A DNA stretch of 34,829 nt from an uncultured Spirochaetaceae bacterium (GTDB lineage Bacteria > Spirochaetota > Spirochaetia > SZUA-6 > DRHE01): the NCBI GenBank assembly GCA_964551205.1, contig CAZKCQ010000004.1:1-34829 (forward strand), written 5' to 3'. The notes below the pieces were generated by a model. It was not told the DNA's origin, ran no database searches, and saw nothing but the letters and a program-made list of their open reading frames with translations. Both the position numbers and the translations under genes were made by a program. This document shows positions 7,925-16,337 of this stretch, one piece after another. Every line of letters starts with the position of its first letter. Within the stretch, counting starts at the first letter, position 1.

Positions 7925-9277
7925 CTACTTGTATTTGTCCGCATCCTTCTTCCACTCGGCGGCGATTCTCTTGAATCGCTCCAGAGCTTCCGGGAACTCT
8001 CTTCGCCACTTCACAGCCGCATCTTCGTACCTCTGGGCTGCTTCGGCCGCGGAAATGTCACCGATCGATAACAGCTGGGCCGATGCCCAAACCTCGCTTT
8101 CGATCTGCGGGACATAGTGCTCGTTGTACGTGTAGTTCGGCACCTCAACGACCCACTTGGCCATAAGCTTGTCGGCGCTGGTCATTATGTCCAGGCTTAC
8201 TTTGTCGCTGGCCTGTATGGCCCCGCTCTGTTTGTACATAGCGGCTATTCGTTCCTCGGAATGGAGATATCGCAAGAAATCCGCCGCTGTTTCCGGATGC
8301 TTACTCAGCTTGGCTATTCCCAAAGGCATGGTGTAGAAGGGCATACGGCCCGCGAGTTTCCCGGGATTCGGCGGAGTTGGGGAGATCATGACGCTGACCG
8401 AATCTTCACCCAATTCCTTGATATACCCGTTAACCATGGATTGCACGGCAAACACCATCCCGACTTTTCCGTTCAAGTATTTATCGTTTCCCTCGGCAAA
8501 ACCGACCGATGCAGCGTCTTCGTTGAACAGCCCCTTATTTATAAGCTCTTCGATCCTGTACCAAAAGTTTGAATGTTTGGGATCGGTGAAGTGCTGGATC
8601 CCCATCACCGCTTCGTGTAGATCGGACATATCGTCGAGGTTTTGAATCCCCACCAAACATGCCCACCAGACACCCATATAGCCATCCTTGAATCCGCAGG
8701 AGAAGGGCGTAAAGCCGCCCGTGTCCAGTTTTTCCAGTGCACTTACAAAGTCGTTCCACTGCTGCGGCGGGCTGTCGGGATTCAATCCGACCTCTCGATA
8801 GATCTTAGGATTCAAGACTGTTAACCAGGCACCTCCGTAAAGCGGAACGAGCCAGGTGTGCCCGTCCCAGCTGAGCTCTCGTCGTGCAGGTGGAGAGATA
8901 TGGGCTAATTCCTCTTCACTCCAATACTCATCGACAGGTACGATATTCCCGGCTTCCGAACCGTCCATTCCCTGCTGCCTGCCGAACAGTTGAATATCCG
9001 GAGGAGTTCCAGCAGCAAGTTCTGCCTTCCACACTGTGAACAAATCTTCGATCGGTATTTCCGGAGCTTCGACAGTTATGTTGGGATTCTGTTGTTGATA
9101 TAGCTCAGTAGATTCTTTCATCCAGGCAGCCATACCGGGGGCTTCACCATCTCCCCACCAATAACAGCGAATTTCGATCTTTTCCGCTTCCTGGCCTCCG
9201 CCGGAGAACACCGGTACGCTTAGGAAACAGAGCCCTACAACCAGCGCGATGCCAGCCAACAACTTTTTCCTTTCCAT
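7925..9277 (-). CDS. ABC transporter substrate-binding protein, family 1 / CUT1-type (importer copy 1)
   Basis: The track ORF 7925..9484 is trimmed to ATG 9277, which has AGGAGG 6 nt upstream and opens a signal peptide MERKKLLAGIALVVGLCFLSVPVFSGGGQE. It aligns end to end by eye with SBPs 13485..14855 and 21812..23143. Confidence 0.9.
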   Translation of the reverse strand: MERKKLLAGIALVVGLCFLSVPVFSGGGQEAEKIEIRCYWWGDGEAPGMAAWMKESTELYQQQNPNITVEAPEIPIEDLFTVWKAELAAGTPPDIQLFGRQQGMDGSEAGNIVPVDEYWSEEELAHISPPARRELSWDGHTWLVPLYGGAWLTVLNPKIYREVGLNPDSPPQQWNDFVSALEKLDTGGFTPFSCGFKDGYMGVWWACLVGIQNLDDMSDLHEAVMGIQHFTDPKHSNFWYRIEELINKGLFNEDAASVGFAEGNDKYLNGKVGMVFAVQSMVNGYIKELGEDSVSVMISPTPPNPGKLAGRMPFYTMPLGIAKLSKHPETAADFLRYLHSEERIAAMYKQSGAIQASDKVSLDIMTSADKLMAKWVVEVPNYTYNEHYVPQIESEVWASAQLLSIGDISAAEAAQRYEDAAVKWRREFPEALERFKRIAAEWKKDADKYK

Positions 9278-9295
9278 CCCACACCTCCTATAGTT

Positions 9296-9309
9296 TGATA
9301 ACGTTGCCA
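9296..9309. promoter_or_regulatory. LacI-family operator-like palindrome TGATAACGTTGCCA
   Basis: 14-bp CG-centred near-palindrome of the TGnnAACGTTnnCA type. It shares 1 nt with the TATAAT box of the SBP1 promoter. Confidence 0.6.
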
Positions 9310-9339
9310 TTATACTATCATATATTTGCAATTTGTCAA
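9309..9339 (-). promoter_or_regulatory. Candidate promoter of importer copy 1
   Basis: On the minus strand: TTGACA (complement of 9334..9339), 19 nt spacer, TATAAT (complement of 9309..9314). Both hexamers are perfect but the spacer is long. Confidence 0.45.
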
Positions 9340-9347
9340 GAGAATAA

Positions 9348-9361
9348 TGATAACGTAGCCA
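9348..9361. promoter_or_regulatory. Second operator-like site TGATAACGTAGCCA
   Basis: It differs by one base from site 9296..9309. The two centres are 52 bp apart, and this site lies 8 nt upstream of the -35 box. Confidence 0.5.
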
Positions 9362-9372
9362 ATTATCGTTCT

Positions 9373-10206
9373 TTATGACCCGGAGTATAGAGTAACGGTC
9401 AGCTCTACTTCTATTGGGAAAGGCTTTTGAGCGTACGGCTTCATCAGGATGAAAGGAGAGTCCCAGGCCCGAGACCAGTTCCATTCCCGGATATCGCTGG
9501 TTTCGGTGGTTACTTCCATATCTTTGACCATGGCCAGGTGCTCATACACTCCGGGACTTGAAAAATAGCAGTAGTGGCCGAAACTGCAGCGATGCAACCT
9601 CTCTGGATCTTCCTTTTCCGGGTAATTGAACCAGACAATCTCGAATGCGATGGGCCGTGGAGTTGGCTTCATGTCAAGAACCTCCAGCCGGAGATGGTAG
9701 ACACCGTCTGCATAGCTAACCGGTGCCGCCCAATTCATCGGTACGTTAATGGGGTGATCCACTTCCATGATGAAATCCCAGTCGTCGTAGAGGATGTTTT
9801 TTCCCTCGAAAGTATAGGTCCCCTTGAGAAATGTGAAAGATTGCAGCGCTTCCTGTCCGGTTATTCCTTGCAACCGCTTGGTTTCGCTCAATCGACCGTC
9901 AGCCAGTCTTGCCAAAGCCTCCTCCCCGGTGCCCGGGAAACCGCTGTACACCTTCACCCCCCGGTAAGCCAGTAGATTCATACACTGAGGATGGATCTTC
10001 CCGCAAATCACGGTATCCACATCCTTGTCGAGGAAGACGGCGACTGCCTGTGCACCAACGAAATCCTCCCGGTTCCTACAGCAATTCAAAATGCAATCGA
10101 TTTCATTCGTCCCTGAATCATAGATCAGATAATAGATCGCACTGGCAAAATCCTTCGTGATGTTCTCAGTAAGTATCTTACCGATCGCCGGTATCCCTAC
10201 TCTCAT
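9373..10206 (-). CDS. NifX/NifB-C-like (dinitrogenase FeMo-cofactor-binding fold) domain fused to an unknown ~170-aa C-terminal domain
   Basis: Residues 1 to about 105 (MRVGIPA...DFASAIYYLIYD...VDTVICGKIHPQCMNLLAYRGVKVYSG..GTGEEAL) follow the pattern of small NifX/NifB-C-like proteins. The remainder (FTFLKGTYTFEG...LHRCSFGHYCYF...VELTVTLYSGS) is unrecognised. AGGAGG lies 5 nt upstream of ATG 10206. Confidence 0.65.
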   Translation of the reverse strand: MRVGIPAIGKILTENITKDFASAIYYLIYDSGTNEIDCILNCCRNREDFVGAQAVAVFLDKDVDTVICGKIHPQCMNLLAYRGVKVYSGFPGTGEEALARLADGRLSETKRLQGITGQEALQSFTFLKGTYTFEGKNILYDDWDFIMEVDHPINVPMNWAAPVSYADGVYHLRLEVLDMKPTPRPIAFEIVWFNYPEKEDPERLHRCSFGHYCYFSSPGVYEHLAMVKDMEVTTETSDIREWNWSRAWDSPFILMKPYAQKPFPIEVELTVTLYSGS

Positions 10207-10234
10207 AATTCCTCCTTCATTCTCCGATTAGAGT

Positions 10235-11539
10235 TTATTCTAAACCGAGCCCTTCGATCTTCGAGACAGCCCAAAGCGCTCGGTTTCGAACCGTTGCGTG
10301 CAGGTCGTGAGCTGCTTGCCACAAATGTGGAAGCACCGGCTTGGCGCAGGCAGGGATACTTCCCAGACATTCGGCAGCCAGAAATCGCAGATCCGACTCG
10401 ACATCAGAGAGCATAGACACAAGTGTATCAACTTTGCTCTCTCCTTCTTCGGCAACCTGCCCAAATGACCACAGGGCCGCCCAGCGCGCTTCTATTTCGG
10501 GGTGAGTTACACCCTGGACTTCTTCCATAAATCGGGCCAGCTGCTCCGCAACCTCTGTCCCCCCTTTCCCGGTCCACCCCAACGCCCAGGCAACCCGAGC
10601 CCGAACCGGGCAATCCTTCCGCCCGAGGACGCCGAGGAGCTCCGATACCGCAACTGAAGAGCCATACCCGATCTTACCCAAAGCCTCCGCAGCGGTTCCC
10701 TGAATTTCAGGCTCCTGGTTATGCAGGAGTCCAACGAGAACCGGTATCTGTTTGAAGCCGCTCGGTCCCAGATCACCGATATCCTCGATAGCCTGAACTC
10801 CCAAATCCATTCCATTCTCATTTTTGCTTTTGGCCGCAGAGTCTCCGGATGCTCCTGCATTAAAACCGTCTTGGGGGAGATCCGAGAACAACGGGGACTG
10901 CCCATCCGTTTCTTTCCAGGTTGGTTCAATCTCTCCCAGAGTACGAGCTGCCTGGAAGCGTAGGATGGGGTGCGAATCGGACAGGCACGCTTTTACCAGC
11001 GGTATAGCGGCCTGCGCCGCCCTCCCGATTCTCTGCAGAGCCCAGACCGCAACCAGGCGGTGGGAGACGTCCCGCTGCGCAACAACCCGCATCAGCTGGG
11101 AAACCACCTGCTTCGCCGGAGCGGCGATTTCTCCCAATGCCCAGACCGCAGCCCACGAGGCGTGGGAGTCGACGTCCCATATTGAAGAGATCAAGCGCGG
11201 AACAGCAGCAGATGCCTTCTGGCCCGCTCTTCCCAAAGCATAAGCGACTCGGGCGTTAAAATCAGTTTCGTCTTTTCCCTCCAGCATCTCCGCCAGGATG
11301 GGAATTGCATTACTTTGAAAAGCGCCAATCTTGCCTAAGGCCTCGGCGGCTGTGCCACGGACATCACCATCCCCGTCGGCCAGAAGAGGATGAAGAAGGG
11401 ATAAGAGCTCATCTTCGTTCGGGTACAGCTCTCCAAGCTGCCAGGCCGCTTCCACTCGGCTGAGACGATGTTCTGACCTGGTTTTTCGGCAGATTTCCTC
11501 GAATGTCTCCAAGAGCAATCCTCTGGGGTAATTCTTCAT
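10235..11539 (-). CDS. HEAT-repeat protein, PBS-lyase HEAT-like type (paralogue 1)
   Basis: 434 aa with about 11 repeats of the form D.d..VR..AAeALGkIG....aiP.L (e.g. DGDVRGTAAEALGKIGAFQSNAIPILAEML). Two repeat blocks are split by a low-complexity linker (..SDLPQDGFNAGASGDSAAKSKNENG..). The gene starts 15 nt after the permease stop. Confidence 0.85.
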   Translation of the reverse strand: MKNYPRGLLLETFEEICRKTRSEHRLSRVEAAWQLGELYPNEDELLSLLHPLLADGDGDVRGTAAEALGKIGAFQSNAIPILAEMLEGKDETDFNARVAYALGRAGQKASAAVPRLISSIWDVDSHASWAAVWALGEIAAPAKQVVSQLMRVVAQRDVSHRLVAVWALQRIGRAAQAAIPLVKACLSDSHPILRFQAARTLGEIEPTWKETDGQSPLFSDLPQDGFNAGASGDSAAKSKNENGMDLGVQAIEDIGDLGPSGFKQIPVLVGLLHNQEPEIQGTAAEALGKIGYGSSVAVSELLGVLGRKDCPVRARVAWALGWTGKGGTEVAEQLARFMEEVQGVTHPEIEARWAALWSFGQVAEEGESKVDTLVSMLSDVESDLRFLAAECLGSIPACAKPVLPHLWQAAHDLHATVRNRALWAVSKIEGLGLE

Positions 11540-11554
11540 AAAAGCAACCCGGTC

Positions 11555-12427
11555 CTATTCTTTCAACGAACCGGCTACCAATCCGCGAACCAGATACTTC
11601 TGGCAGAACACGTAAAGCACAATCATGGGGACGATTGCGGTGGACATGCCGGCCATCAGCAGGGGAACGTTGACGCTGAACCGTCCCTTCAGAAGGGTAA
11701 GACCCACCATGATGGTTCGCAGATGCTCCCTCTGCATAAATATCAGTGCAATCAGCAGTTCGTTCCAGACCCACAACGTGCAGACAACCAGAAGTGCGAA
11801 CATCACTGGTTTGGAAAGGGGCACCAAGATTCTCCGCAGAATGCCGAAGCTGCCGCAACCGTCAACCCGGGCGGAATCCAGCATAGCCTGGGGGATGGTA
11901 ATGAAGAAACTTCGCAGCAGATAGATACTGAAAGGCAGGAGCATCCCCGCATAAATTATAATTACCGCCGGGTAGGTGTTTACCAGTCCAAAACGAGACA
12001 TCAGCACGAACAGTGGGATCATCATAACGATCGGTGGGACAACCATGAGAGATATGATGAAATTATGGAGCAATCGTCGGCCTACAAACTTCATGCGGCC
12101 GAGAGCATAGGCGGCAAGACTGCCCGTAACCAGGGTGACCAGCACGGCCCCGGCAGCCAGCAACACGGTGTTGGCGAACCAGCGCAGGAAATTCGGTGCG
12201 TTGAACACCTGCACGAAATTGTAGAGAACGACCTCCCTTGGTAGGGATATCTGGCTCTGGGCATAGGCGACTCGGGTTTTAAAGGAGTTGACGAGTACAT
12301 AGTACACCGGGTAGATCGTCGAAAAAGCCATTAATACCAGAAGGGCTTGCTTTATCCCCTGAGTGAATCCACGGAAAAGAAGGGCACCAATATCCCCTTT
12401 TCTCTTTCGCCTACTCATACTGTTCAC
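11555..12427 (-). CDS. ABC transporter permease, CUT1 MalG-like (importer copy 2)
   Basis: 290 aa. MLDSARVDGCGSFGILRRILVPLSKP and WNELLIALIFMQREHLRTIMVGL. GTG 12427 or ATG 12418 is the start, and either overlaps the 3' end of the upstream permease gene. Confidence 0.9.
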   Translation of the reverse strand: MNSMSRRKRKGDIGALLFRGFTQGIKQALLVLMAFSTIYPVYYVLVNSFKTRVAYAQSQISLPREVVLYNFVQVFNAPNFLRWFANTVLLAAGAVLVTLVTGSLAAYALGRMKFVGRRLLHNFIISLMVVPPIVMMIPLFVLMSRFGLVNTYPAVIIIYAGMLLPFSIYLLRSFFITIPQAMLDSARVDGCGSFGILRRILVPLSKPVMFALLVVCTLWVWNELLIALIFMQREHLRTIMVGLTLLKGRFSVNVPLLMAGMSTAIVPMIVLYVFCQKYLVRGLVAGSLKE

Positions 12428-13319
12428 TCAGTTTCTCTCTGAACCGAAAGGACAGGACTATAAAGGTAATCGTGATAATCAGAAGCACGACTGCAACCAC
12501 GGCAGAGGCGCCCATCTTGTTGAACTGAAAAGCCTGTTTGTAGATGTACAATTCCGATACCCAAGTGCTGTATCCGGGTCCCCCACCGGTCATGACGAAG
12601 ACGTAGGGAAAAATCTGGCTCAACATGGCGATAATATTGATGATCACGAAGAACTCGATCACCGTGGTCAGCTCCGGTACCACGATGCACCACAGCCTGC
12701 GCCACCAGCCAGCGCCGTCGATCCGCGCCGCCTCTAATATTTCCGGCGGCATCGAACCCAATCTGGCGAGGAATAGGACCGTACCGAAACCTATTTCTCT
12801 CCATATAATAATCACTGCTACGGAGAACAGGGACCACGTTGGATGACCGAGCCACTGCCTCTGGAAGCTTTTCAATCCGATCAGTTCCAAAAGCTGATTC
12901 AAACCTCCATGAAGCTTGAAAAAATGGGACATCGCTATGCCGATGGCTACGATCGGAACCACATAGGGAATGAGAAGCAGGCTCCTGTAGAATTTCCAAC
13001 CCCACACCTCCTCATGGAGAAGGACAGCAATTATGAGGGCAATCACTACCATGACGGGTATGGTCAGCAACAGCTCGAAGTTGTGGAGCATGGATTGGTA
13101 GAAGCGGGGATCTTTAAGCACGATCCTGAAGTTTTCAAGCCCGATGAAATCGCCGGGCCAGGATCGCAGGTCGAGAAAACTGAAATGTACTACTTGTACT
13201 ACCGGATACAAATAGATAAATCCGAGAATGAATAACGCCGGCAGCATATACAGATAGGGCTCGATCTTGACGGCCGCCCGATTTCTACTCGATTTATTGC
13301 CTGCTGATCCAGAACTCAC
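12411..13319 (-). CDS. ABC transporter permease, CUT1 MalF-like (importer copy 2)
   Basis: 302 aa. ILEAARIDGAGWWRRLWCIVVPEL. GTG start with AAGGAAGG 6 nt upstream. Confidence 0.9.
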   Translation of the reverse strand: MSSGSAGNKSSRNRAAVKIEPYLYMLPALFILGFIYLYPVVQVVHFSFLDLRSWPGDFIGLENFRIVLKDPRFYQSMLHNFELLLTIPVMVVIALIIAVLLHEEVWGWKFYRSLLLIPYVVPIVAIGIAMSHFFKLHGGLNQLLELIGLKSFQRQWLGHPTWSLFSVAVIIIWREIGFGTVLFLARLGSMPPEILEAARIDGAGWWRRLWCIVVPELTTVIEFFVIINIIAMLSQIFPYVFVMTGGGPGYSTWVSELYIYKQAFQFNKMGASAVVAVVLLIITITFIVLSFRFREKLSEQYE

Positions 13320-13419
13320 CTGCGACCTTCCTTTTCTGCATTTTTATCTAGGGAGAGAACACCTGTTCAACCAAATCGATCTTATCTACCCGATGCTCTC
13401 CGGAACACCCGATTGGAAC

Positions 13420-13444
13420 AGCCCCCTCCTCAGAAGAGGGGGCT
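13420..13444 (-). promoter_or_regulatory. 9-bp GC-rich stem-loop in the SBP2-permease spacer
   Basis: AGCCCCCTC (13420..13428) pairs with GAGGGGGCT (13436..13444) around a 7-nt loop. No U-tract follows on the mRNA. Confidence 0.4.
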
Positions 13445-13484
13445 ATTGTTAATGAGGCATTCTCTCATCAAGAAACAGGTTCTG

Positions 13485-14855
13485 TCACGGTGCAGTCTGT
13501 TTCCATTCCGCTGCTCGTTTTTTGAAGCGCTCCAGCGAGTCCGGATAGTCCGCCCTCCACTGGGCTGCGGCGTTCTCCATGTTCTGGGCTGCCTGCTCGG
13601 CGGTGATCTCTTTGATTGCCAACAATTGAGTTGAAGCCCACACCTCGCTCTCGATCTGAGGAGTGTAGTGCCAGTTGTATGTCGGCCCTGGGATATCGAC
13701 GGCCCACTGCGCAACGATTTTGTCGGATTCGCTCTTGATTAGTGCTGGATTCAGCTGATCGCTGGCCTGCATGGCACCGCTGACCAGATACATTGCAGTG
13801 ATTCTTTCCGGTGTATACATGAAGCGAATGAAGTCCGCAGCCACTTGCGGATGCTTACTCGCTTTGGCAAGGCCTATGGGCATGCTCGGAACCGGCATGG
13901 TCCCGGCCAGCTTGCCGGGCTTGGGGGGCTCGGGTGTCAGCATCGCGCCCACCGTGCCTTCCCCCATCTCCCGAACATAGGCAGCCATCATGGGCTGCAC
14001 GACGAACACCATTCCCGTATCTCCGGCCATGAATTGATCATTGCCCTCGACAAAACCGAGAGAGCCGCAATCGTCGTTGAACAAACCTTGATTGTTGAGA
14101 GTTTCGATCTGTTTCCACCAATCAACGTGCAGTGGATCGGTGAAGCTCGTCTTGCCGACCACCGCATCGTGTAAGTCGGACATATCATCGAAAGCCTGGT
14201 AGCCGAACAAACAGGCCCACCAAACTCCCATGTATCCGTCCTGGAATCCGATGGAAAAGGGAATCGATCCAGAAGCTTTCATCTTTTTCAAGGCTGCTAC
14301 AAACCCGTTCCAATCCTGCGGTGGATTTTGGACGTCTACACCGGCGGCGGAGAAGACCTTCTTGTTGAAAGCCATCAGCCAGGCGTCCATATAGAGGGGT
14401 ACCAGCCAGGTGCGGCCGCTCCAGGATAGCTCCCTCCTAGCCGGGGCAAGCAGATGGGAGAGCTCCTCCTCGGTCCAGAACTCGTCAATAGGCACGATGT
14501 TTCCGGCGGCCGCTTCATCCAGGCCCTCCTGGGGAGACAGGTTTTGTATATCCGGCGGATCACCGGCGGCTACCGCCGCTTTCCAGGTCAAGTAGATATC
14601 TTCGATAGGAATCTCGTGCGGCTCGATGGTGACATTGGGATGCTCTTTGCCGTATAGCTGCGCTGACTCCTTGACCCACTGGGCCATTCCAGGGGCCTCC
14701 GCCTCTCCCCACCAGTGCATCCGAATGGTAACCTTCTCCGCTTCAGCCATCTCTGCCCCAGCGGGCTGTTTCTCCTGTCCGCCTCCTGCAAATGCAACTG
14801 TGGCGATAGTCAGGAGTACATTTACACAGAGAAATAACACAATGCTTTTTTTCAT
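13485..14855 (-). CDS. ABC transporter substrate-binding protein, family 1 / CUT1-type (importer copy 2)
   Basis: 456 aa with signal peptide MKKSIVLFLCVNVLLTIATVAFAGGGQE. GGAGG lies upstream of the ATG. It is the closest paralogue of SBP1 (EKVTIRMHWWGEAEAPGM.., ARRELSWSGRTWLVPLY, MSDLHDAV, TPQIESEVWAS). Confidence 0.9.
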   Translation of the reverse strand: MKKSIVLFLCVNVLLTIATVAFAGGGQEKQPAGAEMAEAEKVTIRMHWWGEAEAPGMAQWVKESAQLYGKEHPNVTIEPHEIPIEDIYLTWKAAVAAGDPPDIQNLSPQEGLDEAAAGNIVPIDEFWTEEELSHLLAPARRELSWSGRTWLVPLYMDAWLMAFNKKVFSAAGVDVQNPPQDWNGFVAALKKMKASGSIPFSIGFQDGYMGVWWACLFGYQAFDDMSDLHDAVVGKTSFTDPLHVDWWKQIETLNNQGLFNDDCGSLGFVEGNDQFMAGDTGMVFVVQPMMAAYVREMGEGTVGAMLTPEPPKPGKLAGTMPVPSMPIGLAKASKHPQVAADFIRFMYTPERITAMYLVSGAMQASDQLNPALIKSESDKIVAQWAVDIPGPTYNWHYTPQIESEVWASTQLLAIKEITAEQAAQNMENAAAQWRADYPDSLERFKKRAAEWKQTAP

Positions 14856-14957
14856 TCTTTTCCTCCAAAAAAGATTCTATCCAATCCGAGTATCGAAAAG
14901 TCACTCAGCTCATATCGGGCCTCCTTTCGCGAATCCTGGATCCGTTTTTGACACCTC

Positions 14958-16337
14958 CTATCGCCCCTTTATCCGTTTCAGAGCCCAGACGGCTCTGGAA
15001 CGTACGATCGGATGATTGTCCTCTTTCAATACCTCCAGCGCCGCTTCAGCCTGCCCGGCTGCGGGTCCGATATACCCGAGGTTCTCCGCAGACATAGCCC
15101 GCACGTCGGAGTCCTCATCGGCCAGACTCGCGATCAGATCCGGCACGATTTCCTTGCCGAGATAGTCCACCCGAGCCAGAGCCCAGGTGGCGTGATAGCG
15201 GATTTCGAGGTTTCTGTGCTCGCTTCCCGCGTAGTCTCGGAGCTGTTGCCTCAGATGGGGTATTGCCTCCGCAGCTCTAGGGCCCAGCAGCCCTACGGCC
15301 CAGTCGAGGGAGGCCAGCATCTGTGGCCGAGCCTGTAGAAGAAGTGCCACCAGCGCGGTGCTCGCCTGCATCGACGTGACACCGATTTTGGCAACCGCCA
15401 GCGCCGCGCTACCCTGAAGGTGTTCATTCTTCAACAGGGGAAGAAGCTCGGGAATGATCTTCTCAACCGGAGGACCTAGCTCTCCTATAGCTCTGATGCA
15501 ATCCTGCTGGGCGTCCAAATCCCGATTTGCGATCTGTTCCAGGTAGTGTTCGGCTCGTCGAATCCTGCCCGAGTCCCCTGCGGCTCTCCCAGACTCCGAT
15601 ATGATCCCAGGCGCGGATGTTGCGGATTCTTCTGAAATCAATGCAGCGGAAACGATGGCCCGATGGCTGATTTCCGGGCAGGGGTCTGTTTCTGAAAGCG
15701 CGTGCAAAGATGGGAGGGCCGATTCCGCGGCGCTGCCGATTTCACCGAGTGCCCAGGCGGAAAGCTCTCTAACCAGAGGATGAACATCCTGAAGAGACAT
15801 TAACAGCCGAGGCACTGCAGAAGAGGCATCCCTCCCGATCAATCCCAAAGCCTTTGCGGCTCCCCAACGCTGATCGGACAGGTCTTTGTCCAATCCTCTG
15901 GATATCTGTTCGGTAACCTCTGGTGTGTTGATGCCGATCTCCGCCAGTGCCCAGAGAGCCGTATCGTAGGCATGGGTGTTGTCTCGGCGAAGCAGTTCGA
16001 GGAGTGTGGGTACGACCTGAGACGCATTCTTGCCGGCCCGACCCAGGGCGAATATACAGCGGGCTCGTCCCATATCGTCGGTTTCTCGTTCAAGAAGCTG
16101 TATTATGGGTGGGACAGTCTCAGCAGCGAGACAGCCGATTCGTCCGAGGGCTTCAGCCGCCGCCCCTCGGACACTCGGCTCCGGATCGCGGAGAGCCCCC
16201 TTCAACGACGCAATGATTGTGCTGGAGGGATCACATATTTCCCCCAAACGCCAGGCCGCCTCCACCCTTCTCATCGGGTCGGAAGCGGAAAGTTCGTTTA
16301 TCAACACGTCAATCAAATGCTTCTCCCTCAGAACCAC
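14958..16337 (-). CDS. HEAT-repeat protein, PBS-lyase HEAT-like type (paralogue 2)
   Basis: 459 aa with the same repeat type (DPEPSVRGAAAEALGRIGCLAAETVPPIIQLL) and the same two-block layout as 10235..11539. The N-termini are related (RVEAAWRLGEI versus RVEAAWQLGEL). The GTG start immediately follows the TGA of the corrinoid protein gene (TGAGTG). Confidence 0.85.
   Translation of the reverse strand: MVLREKHLIDVLINELSASDPMRRVEAAWRLGEICDPSSTIIASLKGALRDPEPSVRGAAAEALGRIGCLAAETVPPIIQLLERETDDMGRARCIFALGRAGKNASQVVPTLLELLRRDNTHAYDTALWALAEIGINTPEVTEQISRGLDKDLSDQRWGAAKALGLIGRDASSAVPRLLMSLQDVHPLVRELSAWALGEIGSAAESALPSLHALSETDPCPEISHRAIVSAALISEESATSAPGIISESGRAAGDSGRIRRAEHYLEQIANRDLDAQQDCIRAIGELGPPVEKIIPELLPLLKNEHLQGSAALAVAKIGVTSMQASTALVALLLQARPQMLASLDWAVGLLGPRAAEAIPHLRQQLRDYAGSEHRNLEIRYHATWALARVDYLGKEIVPDLIASLADEDSDVRAMSAENLGYIGPAAGQAEAALEVLKEDNHPIVRSRAVWALKRIKGR

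Noticed and set aside
9278-9484. N-terminal 69-codon extension of the SBP1 ORF in the track (7925..9484)
   Set aside because: The extension runs through the promoter/operator region and into the 3' end of the NifX-like gene. ATG 9277 has AGGAGG 6 nt upstream and opens a canonical signal peptide.
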